A stretch of DNA of 64,000 bases from assembly GCF_030028105.1 (NCBI RefSeq), contig NC_092379.1, positions 21,863,309 through 21,927,308 of the forward strand, in the 5' to 3' direction. The notes under the pieces are model-generated. The model did no database searches. It saw only the letters and a program-made list of their open reading frames with translations, and was not told the DNA's origin. The DNA comes from Mobula birostris. Lineage: Eukaryota. A program made the position numbers and the translations under genes. Positions 1-12,229 of this stretch are shown one piece after another; the stretch's first letter is position 1; each line of letters opens with the position of its first letter.

Positions 1-80
1 CAAAGACATCTGGACCCAACACAAGTTTAAGTTTTGATCAAATAATCCATCAGACAGGCTGGGGAACCCAGCATTTGGGT

Positions 81-370
81 GGCATGATAGTGTAGTGGTT
101 AGCAGAATGCTTTCCAGTGCAGGCGACCTGGGGTTCAATTCCTGCCACTGGCTGTAAGGAATTTGTAATTTCTCCCCGAGAATGTGTGGGTTTCCACCGG
201 GTCTCCGGTTTCCTCTCACAGTCCAAAGACATACCATTTGGTGCTTTAATTGGTCATTGTAAATTGTCCTGTGATTAGACTGGGATTAAATCGGGGGATT
301 CCTGAGCAGTGTGGTTCGAAGGGCCAGAAGGGCCTATTCCATGCTGTATGCCAATAAATAAATAAATTAA
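81..370 (+). mobile_element. tRNA-derived SINE (V-SINE/HE1-like)
   Basis: A-box-like GATAGTGTAGTGG and B-box-like GGGTTCAATTCC, then the V-domain-like GTGTGGGTTTCC..CCGGTTTCCTC..CAGTCCAAAGAC and an AT-rich tail. Confidence 0.75.
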
Positions 371-669
371 ATAATTTTCATGGACTTTACTGATTTTTGC
401 TATGAGTTCATTCTAAAATGATTCTGAAGTTTCCTCTCATCCTCCTCCATATGGGAGTCCAGTCAATTACTCTGTCTGAGGAGCTTTCTCAACAAAGTTC
501 ACATATTCATTCTAATGAATTTAAACCTGCAGTACTGCCTTTCTCTTCCTCTTTAATTTAAATCCATCTTATGGATGTCATTTCCATTCCCTTCACTCTT
601 CTATCACTCTGTGTCTGACGTCTCAGTGAGTCAGTAAATTGTGGTGTAAACCATTTCAGCACATCATCC

Positions 670-950
670 CGTTGGACTGAGGCATTGCTTCCAGATTCCT
701 CCTCTGACCACATACTTCCTCACCTGCCACTCCCTCTCCTTCTATGACCTGACGTCTGATTTATGCTCCTGTGAAACACCTTCTGATAATTTCCTATATT
801 AAATCCACATTGTAAATGCAAGTGGTTGCTTTTGGGTAAAATTGTCCAATTATTTTGCATTGCAGACCAACCATGTCCACAAATGAGCCACAAAAGTTCT
901 TGACGATGAACGGGGGCTGAGTCCCAAGGAAGTCACATTTTCTATTAGAA
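670..950 (-). pseudogene. Possible heavily decayed Ig heavy-chain CH1-like exon
   Basis: Minus strand reads QPPFIVKNFCGSFVDMVGLQCKIIGQFYPK (compare CH1 CGS..DMVTLGC...GF.P), and further on in another frame EWQVRKYVVRGGIWKQ. A pyrimidine tract ending TAATAG precedes it. Stops and frameshifts are present and the conserved Trp is absent. Confidence 0.3.
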
Positions 951-1112
951 TGTGCAAGAGCATAGAAAATAAAATCAGAAAACTGTGAGGTAGGCAGTGT
1001 CTGGGAAAGAACATCAATCACTGGTGATTCTGGTCTGCATTCCCCTTCAGATTGCAGTGAGGTCACACTTACCTCTTTTGATGCTTAACCCCGGGAACAC
1101 TTACAATACTTC

Positions 1113-1210
1113 TGTACTAACCATTAACCACTGAGTCTGTACTAAACTTTAACCAGACTGAGTCTGCACTAACCATTATTAACCTCTGAGTCTGCACTAA
1201 CTATTAACCA
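1113..1210. repeat. Short tandem repeat, about 3-4 imperfect units (ACTAACCATTAACC..CTGAGTCTG)
   Basis: Directly visible repeated units. Confidence 0.7.
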
Positions 1211-3350
1211 CCTGGCCTATAATCTCCTTTCTTCTGCCTCTGTCCCTTCTTAAAGAATAGAGTGACATTTGCAATTTCCCAGTCCTCTGGAACCATTTCA
1301 GAATCTAGTGATTGTTGAAAGATCATTACTAATGCCTCCACAGTCTCTTCAGCTACCTCTTTCAGAGCCCTGAAGTGACATCCATCAAGTCCAGGTGATT
1401 TAAGCGCCTTCAGACTTTTCAACATCCCAAGCACCTTCTCCTTATTAATAGAAATGACATTCACTTCTGACCCCTGACACTCTTGCATTTCTGGCATTCT
1501 TCTGGTGTGTTCCACAGTGAAGACTAACATAAAATATTTTCTAAGTTCTCCTGTCATTTCTTTACCCACATTTCTACTTTTCCAGCGTAATATTCCAGTG
1601 GTCCGATGTCCATTCTGGTCTCTCATTTACTTGATATATATCTGAAAAAAATTTCGGTATCCTCTTTTATATTATTGGCTAGGTTACCTTTATATTTCAT
1701 CCCTTCTCTCTTTATGTCCTTTTTTAGTTGCCTTTAAGTTTAGGTTCATTTATTGTCATTCATCCAGGTGTGAATGCCCATCAATATGGACAAACAAAGC
1801 AGCGATTCTCCAGGGCCAAGGTGCAAAACATAGTACAAAGTCATACACAGCACAAACTACAATAGCACATATTAGATAGCAAGCCTTCTGTTGGTTTTGC
1901 TATATTATATGCCCTTTCATTTCCTTTGTGCTGATTTTGACTTCCTTTGATAGTTATGGTTGTTTCATCCTCCCTTTAGAATACTTCTTCATCTTTGGGA
2001 TGCATCTTTCCTGTGCCTTCCAAATTTCTCCCAGAAACTCCAGCCTTTTCAATTCTGCCATCATCCCTGTTACTGACCCCTTCCAATCTGTGGCTAGTTC
2101 CTCTCTCATGTGTCTGTAATTTCCTTTACTGCACTATAATACTGATACATCTGATTTTAACTTCTCCTTCTCAAACTGCAGGGTGAATTTTATTATATTA
2201 TGATCATTTTTCCTCAGGGTTCTTTACCTTAAGCTCCCAAATCAAATGCGGTTCATTATCCTACACCCAATCCAGAATTACTGTTCCACTTTTGGACTCA
2301 ACCACAAGATGTCCAAAAAACAATCTCATAGGCATTCTACGAATTTCTTCTCTTGGGATCCAGCAACAACCTCATTTTCCCAATCTACCTACATATTGAA
2401 ATCCCCATGATTCTTGTAACTTTCCCCTTTTTACATGCCCTTCCTCTCTCCCATTGTAATTTGTAGCCCTCATCCTGGCTACTGTTCAGAGGCCTGTATA
2501 TAACTCCCATCAGGATCCTTTTCCCCTTGCAGTTTCTTAACTCTGCCTACAGCGATACTACATCTCTGATACTACGTCAACTCTTTCTAAGGATTTGATT
2601 TCATTTTTTACCGACTGAGCGACCTCATTCCCTCTGCCTACCTGCCTATACTTTTGATACTATGTGTATCTTTGAATGCTGTGATCTTCTTTCAGCCACG
2701 ACTCAGTGATGCTCACAACATCATACCTGCCAATCTCTAACTGCGCTACAACACCTTATTCCATATACTGTATGCATTCCAATATAACACCTTCAGTCCT
2801 GTATTCATCACTCTTTTTGATTTTGGCCCCCTGTTACACTTTAACTCACTCACATGACTTCAATTTTGCCTATCATCTGCCTGTCCTTTCCTCTCAGCCT
2901 CACTATACACCGCATCTAGTTGTATACCAACTTCCCCACCCTCAGCCCTATCACTCTGGTTCTCATCCCCCTGCCAAATTAGTCTTAATCCTCCCGAATA
3001 GCTCTTGCAAACCTGCCTGCAAAGATATTTGTCCCCCTCGGGTTCAGGTTGTAACCTGTCCTTTTTGTACAGGTCATACATTCCTCAGAAGAGATCAGAA
3101 TGGTCCAGAAATCTGGAACACTCCCCCTGCACCAAATCTTTTGCCACACAATCTGCAGCCAAGTCATCTTACTGTTACCTTCAGTGGTGCATGGCAGCAA
3201 TCTAGTGATTACTACCCTGGAGGTCCAGTTCTTCAGCTTTCTATCTAACTCCCTATATTCTCTCTTCAGGACCTCCTCCTTTTCCTACCTATATCGTTGT
3301 TACTAATATATACCACGTCTTGCAGCTGTTTACTCTCCCCCTTTAGAACA
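1211..3350 (-). mobile_element. Degenerate CR1 LINE (ORF1 esterase remnant plus ORF2 fragments)
   Basis: ORF 1204-1626 (LKSPGLDG..LKEVAEE..DWEIANVTLFFKKG..DYRP); ORF1 SGNH-like motif YNLNPRGTNIFAGRFARA near 3000-3080. Confidence 0.85.
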
Positions 3351-3849
3351 CTCTCGACCTGATCTGAGACATCCCTGACCCTGGCACCTGTGAAGCAACA
3401 CCATCAGGGTGTCTCTTTCACATCCATAGAATCTGCTGCCTGCTCCTCTGATTATGGAATCTACTATCACTGCTGCACTCCTCTTCCACACCCCCACCTT
3501 CCCACCTGAGCCATTGGGACAGACTCAGTGCCAGAGAACAGGTCACTGTGTCTGCCCCCTGGTAGGTCATCACCTCCATCTATATCCAACGCAGTATACT
3601 TATTATTATAACTCTGCACCTATTGTCAGAGCATTTGGAGTGTACTAACAGAAAAAATAAACTTACTATAAACTTACTCAGAACATCTGACTGTGTTTGC
3701 CCAAGCCAGTTTTCAGGGAAGCCTGTTTCGTCAAAGCCTGACCACTCTAACACTGTTCACTCACACAGTGGCTACTCCACTTTCACCTTGCTTCTTTTTA
3801 TTCATCCCTGCGAAGTGCCTAATAGATTGTTATGATTGCAGTCCCAAAA

Positions 3850-4095
3850 AAACTTGAGCACTTTTTAAGCCTTTTGCTGTGTCACCTTTGAATGTCTTTT
3901 CGCCTGATTGTAGCCCACCAAAAAAGTTCCAAAAGCATCTGAGCTCTTTTTAAACTTTGCACTGCGTCACCAATGAATGACAGCTTGTGCTGGTTACAAA
4001 CCATTGAAACGTCCTGAAAACACCCACGCTCTTTTTAAACCTTGCGCTCTGTTATCAATGAATGACCTCTAACAATGGTTGCAACCCACTGAAAA
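3850..4095. repeat. Three imperfect monomers of about 85 bp (G.TCTTTTTAAAC.TTG..CTG.GTCACCAATGAATGAC)
   Basis: Units start near 3858, 3941 and 4027; they lie at the 5' side of the minus-strand CR1. Confidence 0.65.
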
Positions 4096-4129
4096 GTAAG
4101 CAGTAAAGTCAAGAGCGAAGGTTATGAAA

Positions 4130-4310
4130 ATTACAGTGGAATCCTGTTCAGATGAATAAGTGGACTGAAGGGTGGTAAATGGAGTTCTATTCAGGGAAGT
4201 CCAAGGTGTAATACTTTGGAAATTTAAACCAGGTAGGACGTCCGCAGTGAACGATAGGGTCCTGGAGGGTGTTGTGGAACAAACAGACCTTGGAGTTCAA
4301 ATAGAAAGCT
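4130..4310 (+). mobile_element. Old CR1 RT 3' fragment, 5' part (continues at about 10341-10600)
   Basis: The homologous sequence is contiguous at 35190-35600 and 47230-47640, but here it is split by a nested insertion. Confidence 0.6.
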
Positions 4311-4319
4311 GAAAACAGG

Positions 4320-7300
4320 ACTTCCAGTGCAGTAATCTTTGGATTTCTGCCTGTGCCACATGCCTTTGAGGATAAAAATAGAATGAGTTGGCAAATGAAA
4401 GTATGGTTGAGAAACTGGTACGGGGGGCAGGATTTCAGATTTCTGGATAAAAGATTATAGTTGGGAGCTTAACATCCAAGGATACACAGTGTATCGAAAG
4501 GATAGGTAAGTAGGCAGAGGGGGTGGCATGGGAGATGGAGAAACATTGTGGGTAGTGTTAAGGAACTGCAAAGGTAGAAAGATCCTGAAGGGAGTTATAT
4601 ACAGATTTCCAAACAGCAGCCAGGATGTGGGCGACAAATTACAATGTGAGATATAAAACACAAGTCAAAAGAGCAAAGTGGCGATATTCATAGATTGGGA
4701 AAATCAGGTTTGTTGCTGAATTTGGATTCCAAGAGAGAGAATTTGTGGATTGCCAATGAGATGGATTTTTATAGCAGCTTGTGCTTGAACCCACCAGGGG
4801 ATCAAATATTCTGGATTGTGTGTCATGTGATGAAACAGGTTTGATTTGGGAGCTCAAGGTAAAGGAACCCTCAGGAGCCAGTTATCAAATTATGATAGAA
4901 TTCACTCCGCAATTTGAAAGGGAGAAGCTAAGGTCAGATTTATCAGAACGTAGAAGAGCACAGCACAGGAACAGACCCTTCAGCCCACAATGTTGTGCCG
5001 AATCAGCTAAAAGTAAATCAAAATTCCCCTAAAACTAATCTCTCCTAGTTACACAATGTCTATATCCATCCATTTTCCTCATATTCATATGCCTATCCAT
5101 AAGTCTCGGAAAAGTCTCTAATGTATTTGCCCCAACACTATACATCTCTCATAATCTTGTAAACCTCAGCCTCCGCCACTCCAAAGAAAACAACCTAAGT
5201 TTGTTTAGCCTCTCATGATAGCACATTCCCTCAAAACCAGACAGCAATCTGTTAAACCTCTTCTGCACCCTCTCCAAAGCCTCAATATCCTTCCTATAGT
5301 GGGGTGACCAGAAATGTGTCCAATCCTCCAGATGTGACCTAACCAGAATTTCATAAAATTGCAACATGACCCCTTGACTTTTGAACTCAATGCCTTGACT
5401 AATAAAAGCAAGCATTCAATAAGCCTTCTTAACCACCCTATCCACCAGTGTCGCCGCTTTCAAGGAGCTATGAACTTGGACCTTAAAATCTCTCTGCTCA
5501 GCAACACTATTAAGCGTCTTACCCTGAACAGTGTACTGTCTCCTTGCATTTGCCTTACCAAGGTGCATCACCTCACCTTTATCTGGGTTAGGCTCAATCT
5601 GTAATTTCTCTGCCCATATCTATATCATGCTCTATTCTTTGCCAGCCTTCTACACTGTCCACAACTCCACGAGTTTTGGTATCACCTGCAAACTTACTAA
5701 CCCCCCCATCTACATTTTCATCCAGGTCATTTATATACAGTACGTCACAAACAACGGAAGTATCAGCACAGGTCCCTGCGGAACACCGCCAATTACAGAC
5801 CTCCAGCTCAAATAAGTCCCTTTGACCAATACCCTCAGTCTTCTCTGCACAAGCTACTTCTGAATTGAAACATCCAATTCGCCGTGGACCCCTTGCATCC
5901 TAATATTCTGGATTAGCCTCCCAGGAGAGACTTTATCAAACGCCTTACTAAAACCCATGTGGACAACATCCACTGCTGTACCTTGATCTGTCAGTCTTGT
6001 CACCTTGTCAAAAAACTCAATCAAGTTGGGAAGGCATGATCTGCCCTGCTGGGGAAATTTTCTCCAGCAATTTCCCTACAACTGATGTTAGACTCCCTGT
6101 TCTATAGTTGCCAGGATTTTCCTTTGTTCCCTCCTTAAATAGAGGTACAACATTAGCTAATTGCCAGTCGTCAGGAACATTGCCTGTGCCTAGAGAGGAA
6201 CCAAAGATACTGGTTAAGGGCCGAGCAATCTTCCTCAATTACCTGGGGTAAATCCCATCAGGCCCTGGGGACTTATCCACTTTAATACTCATTAGTATAT
6301 ACAACACTGCCTTCTCCTTAAACTCTAAATGCCATAACACATCTATACACTCAGCTCTGATCTCCTGCTCCTCCATGTCATTTTCCTTGGGAAATATTGA
6401 AGCAAAGTATTCATTAAGTACTTCATTCACCTTCTCCACATCCAAGCAAATGTTCCCCTCTTTATCCATGAGTAGCCCTACCTTCTCCCTAGTTATCTTC
6501 TTGTTCTTGATGTATGTGTGGAATACCTTGGGATTCAGCTTAATCCTACTTCCCAAGGACTTTTCATGGCCCCTCCTAGCTTTCCTAATTCCTTTCTTTA
6601 GTTCATTTCTGGTTTCTTTATACTCCTCAGGCGCTTTGTTTGATTCAAACTTCTGAACCTTTACATGCTTTTCCCTTTTCTTCTTGACAAGATTCATCAC
6701 CTCTCATGACATCCAAAGTTCTCTTATCTTTCCATCTCTGCCTTTCCTTCTAACAGGAACATACATTTACTGTACTCTGTGCAATTGGTCTTTAAACACC
6801 CTCCACATGTCTGATGTGGACTTGCCAGAAAAAAAGGTTTTCCCAAGTAACACTTCTTAGTTCCTGCCTATACTCTCATAATTTGCCCTTATCCAATTTA
6901 ACAATCTCCTGCAATGACCATACCTGTCCTTATCTATCACTATCCTGAAAGTTAAGGAGTTGTGGTCACTGTTCACTAACTGCTCGTCCACAGAGTGGTT
7001 GATCACCTGGCCAGGTTCATTACCCAACACCAGGACCAGTCCAGACCCTCCTCTTGTTCCACCGTCTCGTGATTGCACCTCTCCTATTCTTGAGTTCCAT
7101 CCAAATGGACACAGTGTCTGATCCCTCCATTATGTTTCCCCTCAGTGCAGCTGTGATATTGTCCCTTAGTGGCGTACATCCCCCCCCCCCATTTTACCTC
7201 CTTCCCTATCTTTTCTAAAACATTGAAAACCTGGTACATTAATACCAATTCCTGCCCCTCTCTCAACCAAGTCTCTGTAATGGCCACATCATAGCTCCAT

Positions 7301-10300
7301 GTCCCGATCCATGCTCTAGGTTCATCCACTTTACCCATAATACTCCTTGCATTAAAACACAGACACTTCAAACTGTGCACCTCATCATACCAGGGTTATT
7401 TTGATTTTGCATATTAATACTTCAGTTATTGAACTGGTGCTTGGTTTCCAGACACGGTAAACTCTCCCCAGTAGCATTAGCAAACGTCTTGGCCAGGATA
7501 TTCACTCCCCTCCAGTCCAGGTGGAACCCATCTCTCTTATCCAGGTCAGGCCTTCCCCAGAAAAGGTTCCAATGATCCAAGAACTTTAAACCCTGACCCC
7601 TGCACTCAGCCACTCATTCATCTGTGCTATCATCCCATTCCTACCAGCACTAGTCCATACATTGGGAGTAATCCGGAGATTACTATCTTGGAGGTCCTTC
7701 TCTTCAGCCTCTTGCCTAACCCTACATACTGACATTTGCCAATGTTTTTGGTGCCAATATGGATCAGAACCTCTGGCTGTTCACCCTCCCCTGTGGGAAT
7801 ATCTTGTCATCTCTCTGATACATCCTGGACCCTAGCATTCAGAAGGGAACACACCCCTCTGGTGTCTCTTTTGCGGCCACAGAATCGCCTGTCTGTCCCC
7901 TTAACTGTCAAATCCCTCACCACTTCTGCACTGCCTGGATTTACCCTTCCCTGCTGAGCCTCAGAGCTGGCCACACTGCCACTAGCCTGGCTGCTGCTGC
8001 TGTGCCCTGATGGGTCATCCCCCACAGCAGTATCCAAAGAGGTATACTTGTTGCTGAGGCCAATGGCCATAGGGGAACCTTGCAATTACTGCTGAATCCC
8101 CTTAACTCTCCTGGTGGTCATGCATCTACTGTGTGAAGCCCATACTCTGGGTGTGACCACCTCTTCAATAGTCTCATCTATAATGTCTTCAGCCTCCCGG
8201 ATGCTCCTTAGTACTTCCAACTCCAGCTCCAGTGGAGTATTGCACTGGGGTAAAAGGAATTACAGAGTCATGAGAGAGGAGTTAGCCAACATTGAATGGA
8301 AGGGGACACTAACGGAGAAGATGGCAGAGGAGCAAAGGCAAGTAATCTGGAGGCAGGATGACATTCCTATGGCTGACAAGGCAAGTCAAAGCCAACTTGA
8401 AAGCAAAAGAAAGGGCATATAATAGAGCAACAACTAGTGGGGAGTTAGAGGATTGGGATGCTTTAAAAAACCAACAGAAGGCAACTAAAAAAGCCGTGGG
8501 GAGAGAAAAGATGAAATATGAAGGTAAACTCACCAATAATATCAAAGAGGTTACCAAAAGATTTTTCAGATATCGAAAGTGTGAAACTGAGGCAAGAGTA
8601 GATAGCAGAACACTGGAAAATAACACTGGAGACATAGTAATGGGAGATAAGGAAATGGTGGATGAACTGAATGAACATTTTCCATCAGTCTTCACTGTAG
8701 AACACACTAGCAGTTTGCCAGAGGTTTGAGAGTGTCATGGGACATAAGGGAAAAGGTGCCTGAGAAGCTGAAATGTCTGAAGGTAAATAAACGACCTGGG
8801 ACATATGGACTACACCCTGGATTTCAGAAAGAGGCAGGTGAAGAGATTGTGAAAACATTAGTGGTGATTTTTCAAGAATCACTAGATTCTGGCATGGTTC
8901 TAGAGGACTGGAAAGTTGCAAATGTCACTCCACTCTTCAAGAAAGGATAGAGGCAAAAGAAAGCATATTATAGGTCAGTTAGCCTGGCCTGAGTGGCTGG
9001 GAAGATATTGGGAGTCGATTGTTGAGAATGAAGTTTCAGGGTCCTTGGAGGCATGTAATAAAATGGCCAAGTCAGCATGGTTTCCTTAAGAGGAAATCTT
9101 GTCTGACAAATCCACTGGAATTCTTTGAGGAAATAACAAACAGGATAGACAAAGGAGAGCTGGTGGATATTGTGTTCTTGAATTTTAAAAAGGCCTTTGA
9201 CAAGGTGCCACACATGAGGTTGCTTAGCAAGAGAAGATCCATGTTATTACAGGAAAGATGCTAGCATGGATAGAGCATTGGTTGACTGGCAGGAGGCAGA
9301 GAGTGGGAATAAAGGGAACCATTTCTGATTGGCTTCCAGTGACTAATGATGTTCCGTAGGGGTTGGTATTGGGACCGCTTCTTTTTACATTGTGTGAATG
9401 ACTTGGATGACAGAATTGATGGCTTTTTGGTCTAGTTTGCGGACAATACGAAGGTACATAGGTGGAGGGGCAGGTAGTGTTGAGGAAGCAGGTAGGCTGC
9501 AGGAAGGATATAGATTAGGAGAATGGACAAAGAAATGGCAGATGGAATATACTGTAGGGAAGTGTATAGTCATGCACCTTGGTAGAAGGAATAAAAGTGT
9601 AAACTATTTTCTAAACGGGGAGAATACTCAAAAATCCAGGATGCAAAGGGACTTCAAAGGGACTTAGGAGTTCTCGTGCAGAAATCCCCGAAGTTTAAAT
9701 TGTAGGTCAGTGGTGAGGAAAGCAAATGCAATGTTACCATTCATTTCAGACAACCAGAACATAAAAACTAGGATGTAATTCTGAGCATTTATAAGGCATT
9801 GGTGTAGCTTCACTTGGAGTATTGAGAGCAGTTTTGGGCCCCTTATCTAAGTAAGGATGTGTTGACATTGGGCAGAGTTCAAAGGAGGAGGTTCATGAAA
9901 ATGACTTCTGGATTGAAAGGCTAATCGTATGAGGAGCATTTGATAGCTCTGGGCCTGTACTCGCTAGAATTCAGAAGAATTGGGGGAGGATCTGATTGAT
10001 ATCTATCGAATGCTGAAAGGCCTGGATAAGAATGCATGTGCAGAGGATGTTCCCCATGGTGGGGGAGTTTAGGACAAAAGGGTACAACTTCGGAATGGAA
10101 GGACGTCCATTTAAAAAGAGATGAGGAACAATTTCTTTAGCAGTTATGGAGGCCAGGTCACTGAGTGTGTTTAAAATGGAGATTGATAAATTCTCGATAA
10201 ATCAGGGCATGATAGATTATGGGGAGAAGGTAAGAGAATGGGATTGAGAGGGAAATGGATCAGCCATGATCAAATGGCGGATCAGAGCCAATCAGCTGAA

Positions 10301-10340
10301 TGGCCTAATTCTGCTCCAATATCTTATGGTCTATATGGTC
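4320..10340 (+). mobile_element. CR1 LINE (4320-4930 plus 8235-10340) split by an antisense CR1
   Basis: The endonuclease frame ...FEREKLRSDLS resumes at about 8235 as VLHWGKRNYRVMREEL; RT motifs SQHGFLKRKSCLTN and DIVFLNFKKAFDKVPH; CR1-type 3' tail at about 10260-10340. Confidence 0.85.
4931..8234 (-). mobile_element. CR1 LINE nested inside the plus-strand CR1
   Basis: Minus-strand ORFs with LKCLCFNARSI (endonuclease), DKSPGPDGIYPR, WSPHYRKDIEALERVQKRF (RT C-terminus) and ORF1 LSNKYTSLDT / GFHLDWRGVNILAKTF. Confidence 0.88.
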
Positions 10341-10600
10341 ACTGAAAGTGGAGTCACATGTGGACAGGGTGGTGTAGAAGACTGTTGGTATTCTGTGTAA
10401 AAATTGGGAGCACATGGTGGCATTGTACAAGGTGCTGGTGAGGTTGTATTTGGAGTATTTTGTTCGTTTTTTATCCATCCTGCTGGTGAAAAATGTTATT
10501 AATCTGGAAAGAGTGCAGAAAAGATTTACAAGGATGTTGCCATGACTGAGTTAAAGGGAGAGGTTGTCCAGACTAGGACTTTCATTGGAGTGAATATACA
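10341..10600 (+). mobile_element. Old CR1 RT 3' fragment, 3' part
   Basis: CTGGAAAGAGTGCAGAAAAGATTTACAAGGATG (LERVQKRFTRM) motif. Confidence 0.7.
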
Positions 10601-10969
10601 AATTGCAGAACATATAATTTATTCACAGTCGCTGTGAGGAGTCAAAATAACAGTGAGATGGATGTCTTTCTGCTACTGTACTTGGTTATTAAATCTCTAG
10701 CAATCTCCAGCTTAGATCTGGTGAAAAACTCTGGCTTGCAGGAGATTGTGTGGAGATTTTGTAGAGATGCAAACAATCAAGAGGGAAATGGATAGGAAAA
10801 GTTCCCACAAAATGCTGTCATTGCGACGAGCTTGGATGGGCCTCTTGGTCAGCATGGACGAGTTGGGCCGAAGGGCCTGCTTCCATGTTCCTTGACTCTC
10901 TGACGCTCCAAATGCAAGTGCAATTTACCGTGGGCAATTAACCCACCAACAATCATGCATTTGGGATTT

Positions 10970-11220
10970 GGAAGAAAGACATATTTCAATGTGACATATT
11001 CATCTGAAGAGCTCTTTCAGACTCAGGAACTGTGACCCACATCTACCACCCTCTCTGTCTGATGGATACACTGCCACCCAGTGGCTGTTGGTTGGTATTA
11101 CAACAATCAGTTTGACTGAAGCCTGAATATTTGGAGGTGTTCCTCTGACCCCCAGTGGTTACAGTTTATCACTGCAAGGTGACAAACACTTCCAGTCAAA
11201 TTGTCTTCAATCCAGACACA
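10970..11220 (+). repeat. Unclassified locally repeated module, copy A1
   Basis: Shares GTGACATATTCATCTGAAGAGCTC and GGAGGTGTTCCTCTGACCCCCAGTGG..TCACTGCAAGG with five other copies; closest to the 58060-58290 copy. Confidence 0.8.
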
Positions 11221-11724
11221 AGAGTCTGTAAATGCTGGGATCTAGAGCTGCACACAATTTACTGGAGAAACTCAGCGGGTTGAACAACATCGATGGAAAG
11301 AAGCTGTTGAAACCCTGAATGAGGACAGTCCAGGAGCATCTGGGTTTACACAGACAGAATGAAATTACCGAAGTAAAGAAAACCTGCTGATGTTGCAAAT
11401 CAGAAGTGAAAAAATCTTGCCAGCACCGGACAGGCAAAATACATTGTACATCAGCAGTGGAGGGAACGAAATGGAGTGTCGGTGAGTAGATCATATACAT
11501 CTTTAAATGTGCCCACTCATGGATGTCAATGATCAAGTCAACACAATTGTAAAATAGCAAAAAATTAAGTCCAATGAACAAGAGCTCTGATCAAAGCCCT
11601 CTTGAAGACATCCTATAAATGCAAATTATTTCAAGGTAATGAAGCATGGACAGAAAAAGACAGTGAGAGAAAGCAGGAATTATATAAAATGTCCTGCCAG
11701 TGAGATACTAACTGATGAATGAAA

Positions 11725-12060
11725 ACCCTCTCTTTTCCCTGTCTGTCACTTTCAGTGTGACAAATTCATCTGAAGAGCTCCTGTAGTCTCAGGGCCTTCT
11801 GGCGCAGTGGAATCCTCCTGTGCACCGTTTCACCCACACCGTCCAGCAGTGTCTCTGTGCCTGACTGTTACACTGACACCCAGAGACTGTCATTTACTAT
11901 TACAGCAGCCAGTTTATCTGAATCCTGAATATCTGGAGGTGTTCCTCTTGACTCCTTGTGGCTGCAGTTATTATTGCAGGGAAACAAATTGTTTGAATCA
12001 AATCAGCTTCAGACAAAATTAGCATCTGAACTCCAGCAGGAAGAATGAAATCATCACTGA
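11725..12060 (+). repeat. Unclassified locally repeated module, copy B1
   Basis: Same core, preceded by a pyrimidine tract ending TTTCAG; closest to the 37320-37565 copy. Confidence 0.8.
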
Positions 12061-12229
12061 AAGACAACTAACTACACATGTTGCAAATAGGAGATAAAAA
12101 CTACTGAAATTACAGGACAGGCAATATCTGTGCAGAGAAACAAACTAATATCACAAGCCTTTCACCAGAGCTGTTGAAATTAGACATTTTAAGGTTGAAA
12201 ACTAAGTGCAGTATCAGAAAAAAATCCAC

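Noticed and set aside
1071-1110. J-segment-like VFPGLSIKR followed by a GTAAGT donor (minus strand)
   Set aside because: It lacks the F/W-G-X-G motif and an upstream RSS, and it abuts a tandem repeat
12075-12102. 12-RSS-like CACATGT-12nt-ATAAAAACT after module B1
   Set aside because: The heptamer matches only 4 of 7. The nonamer-like part lies in a common chondrichthyan repeat tail (..GAAATAAAAACAGAAAATGCTGG..), and it is not conserved in the other module copies
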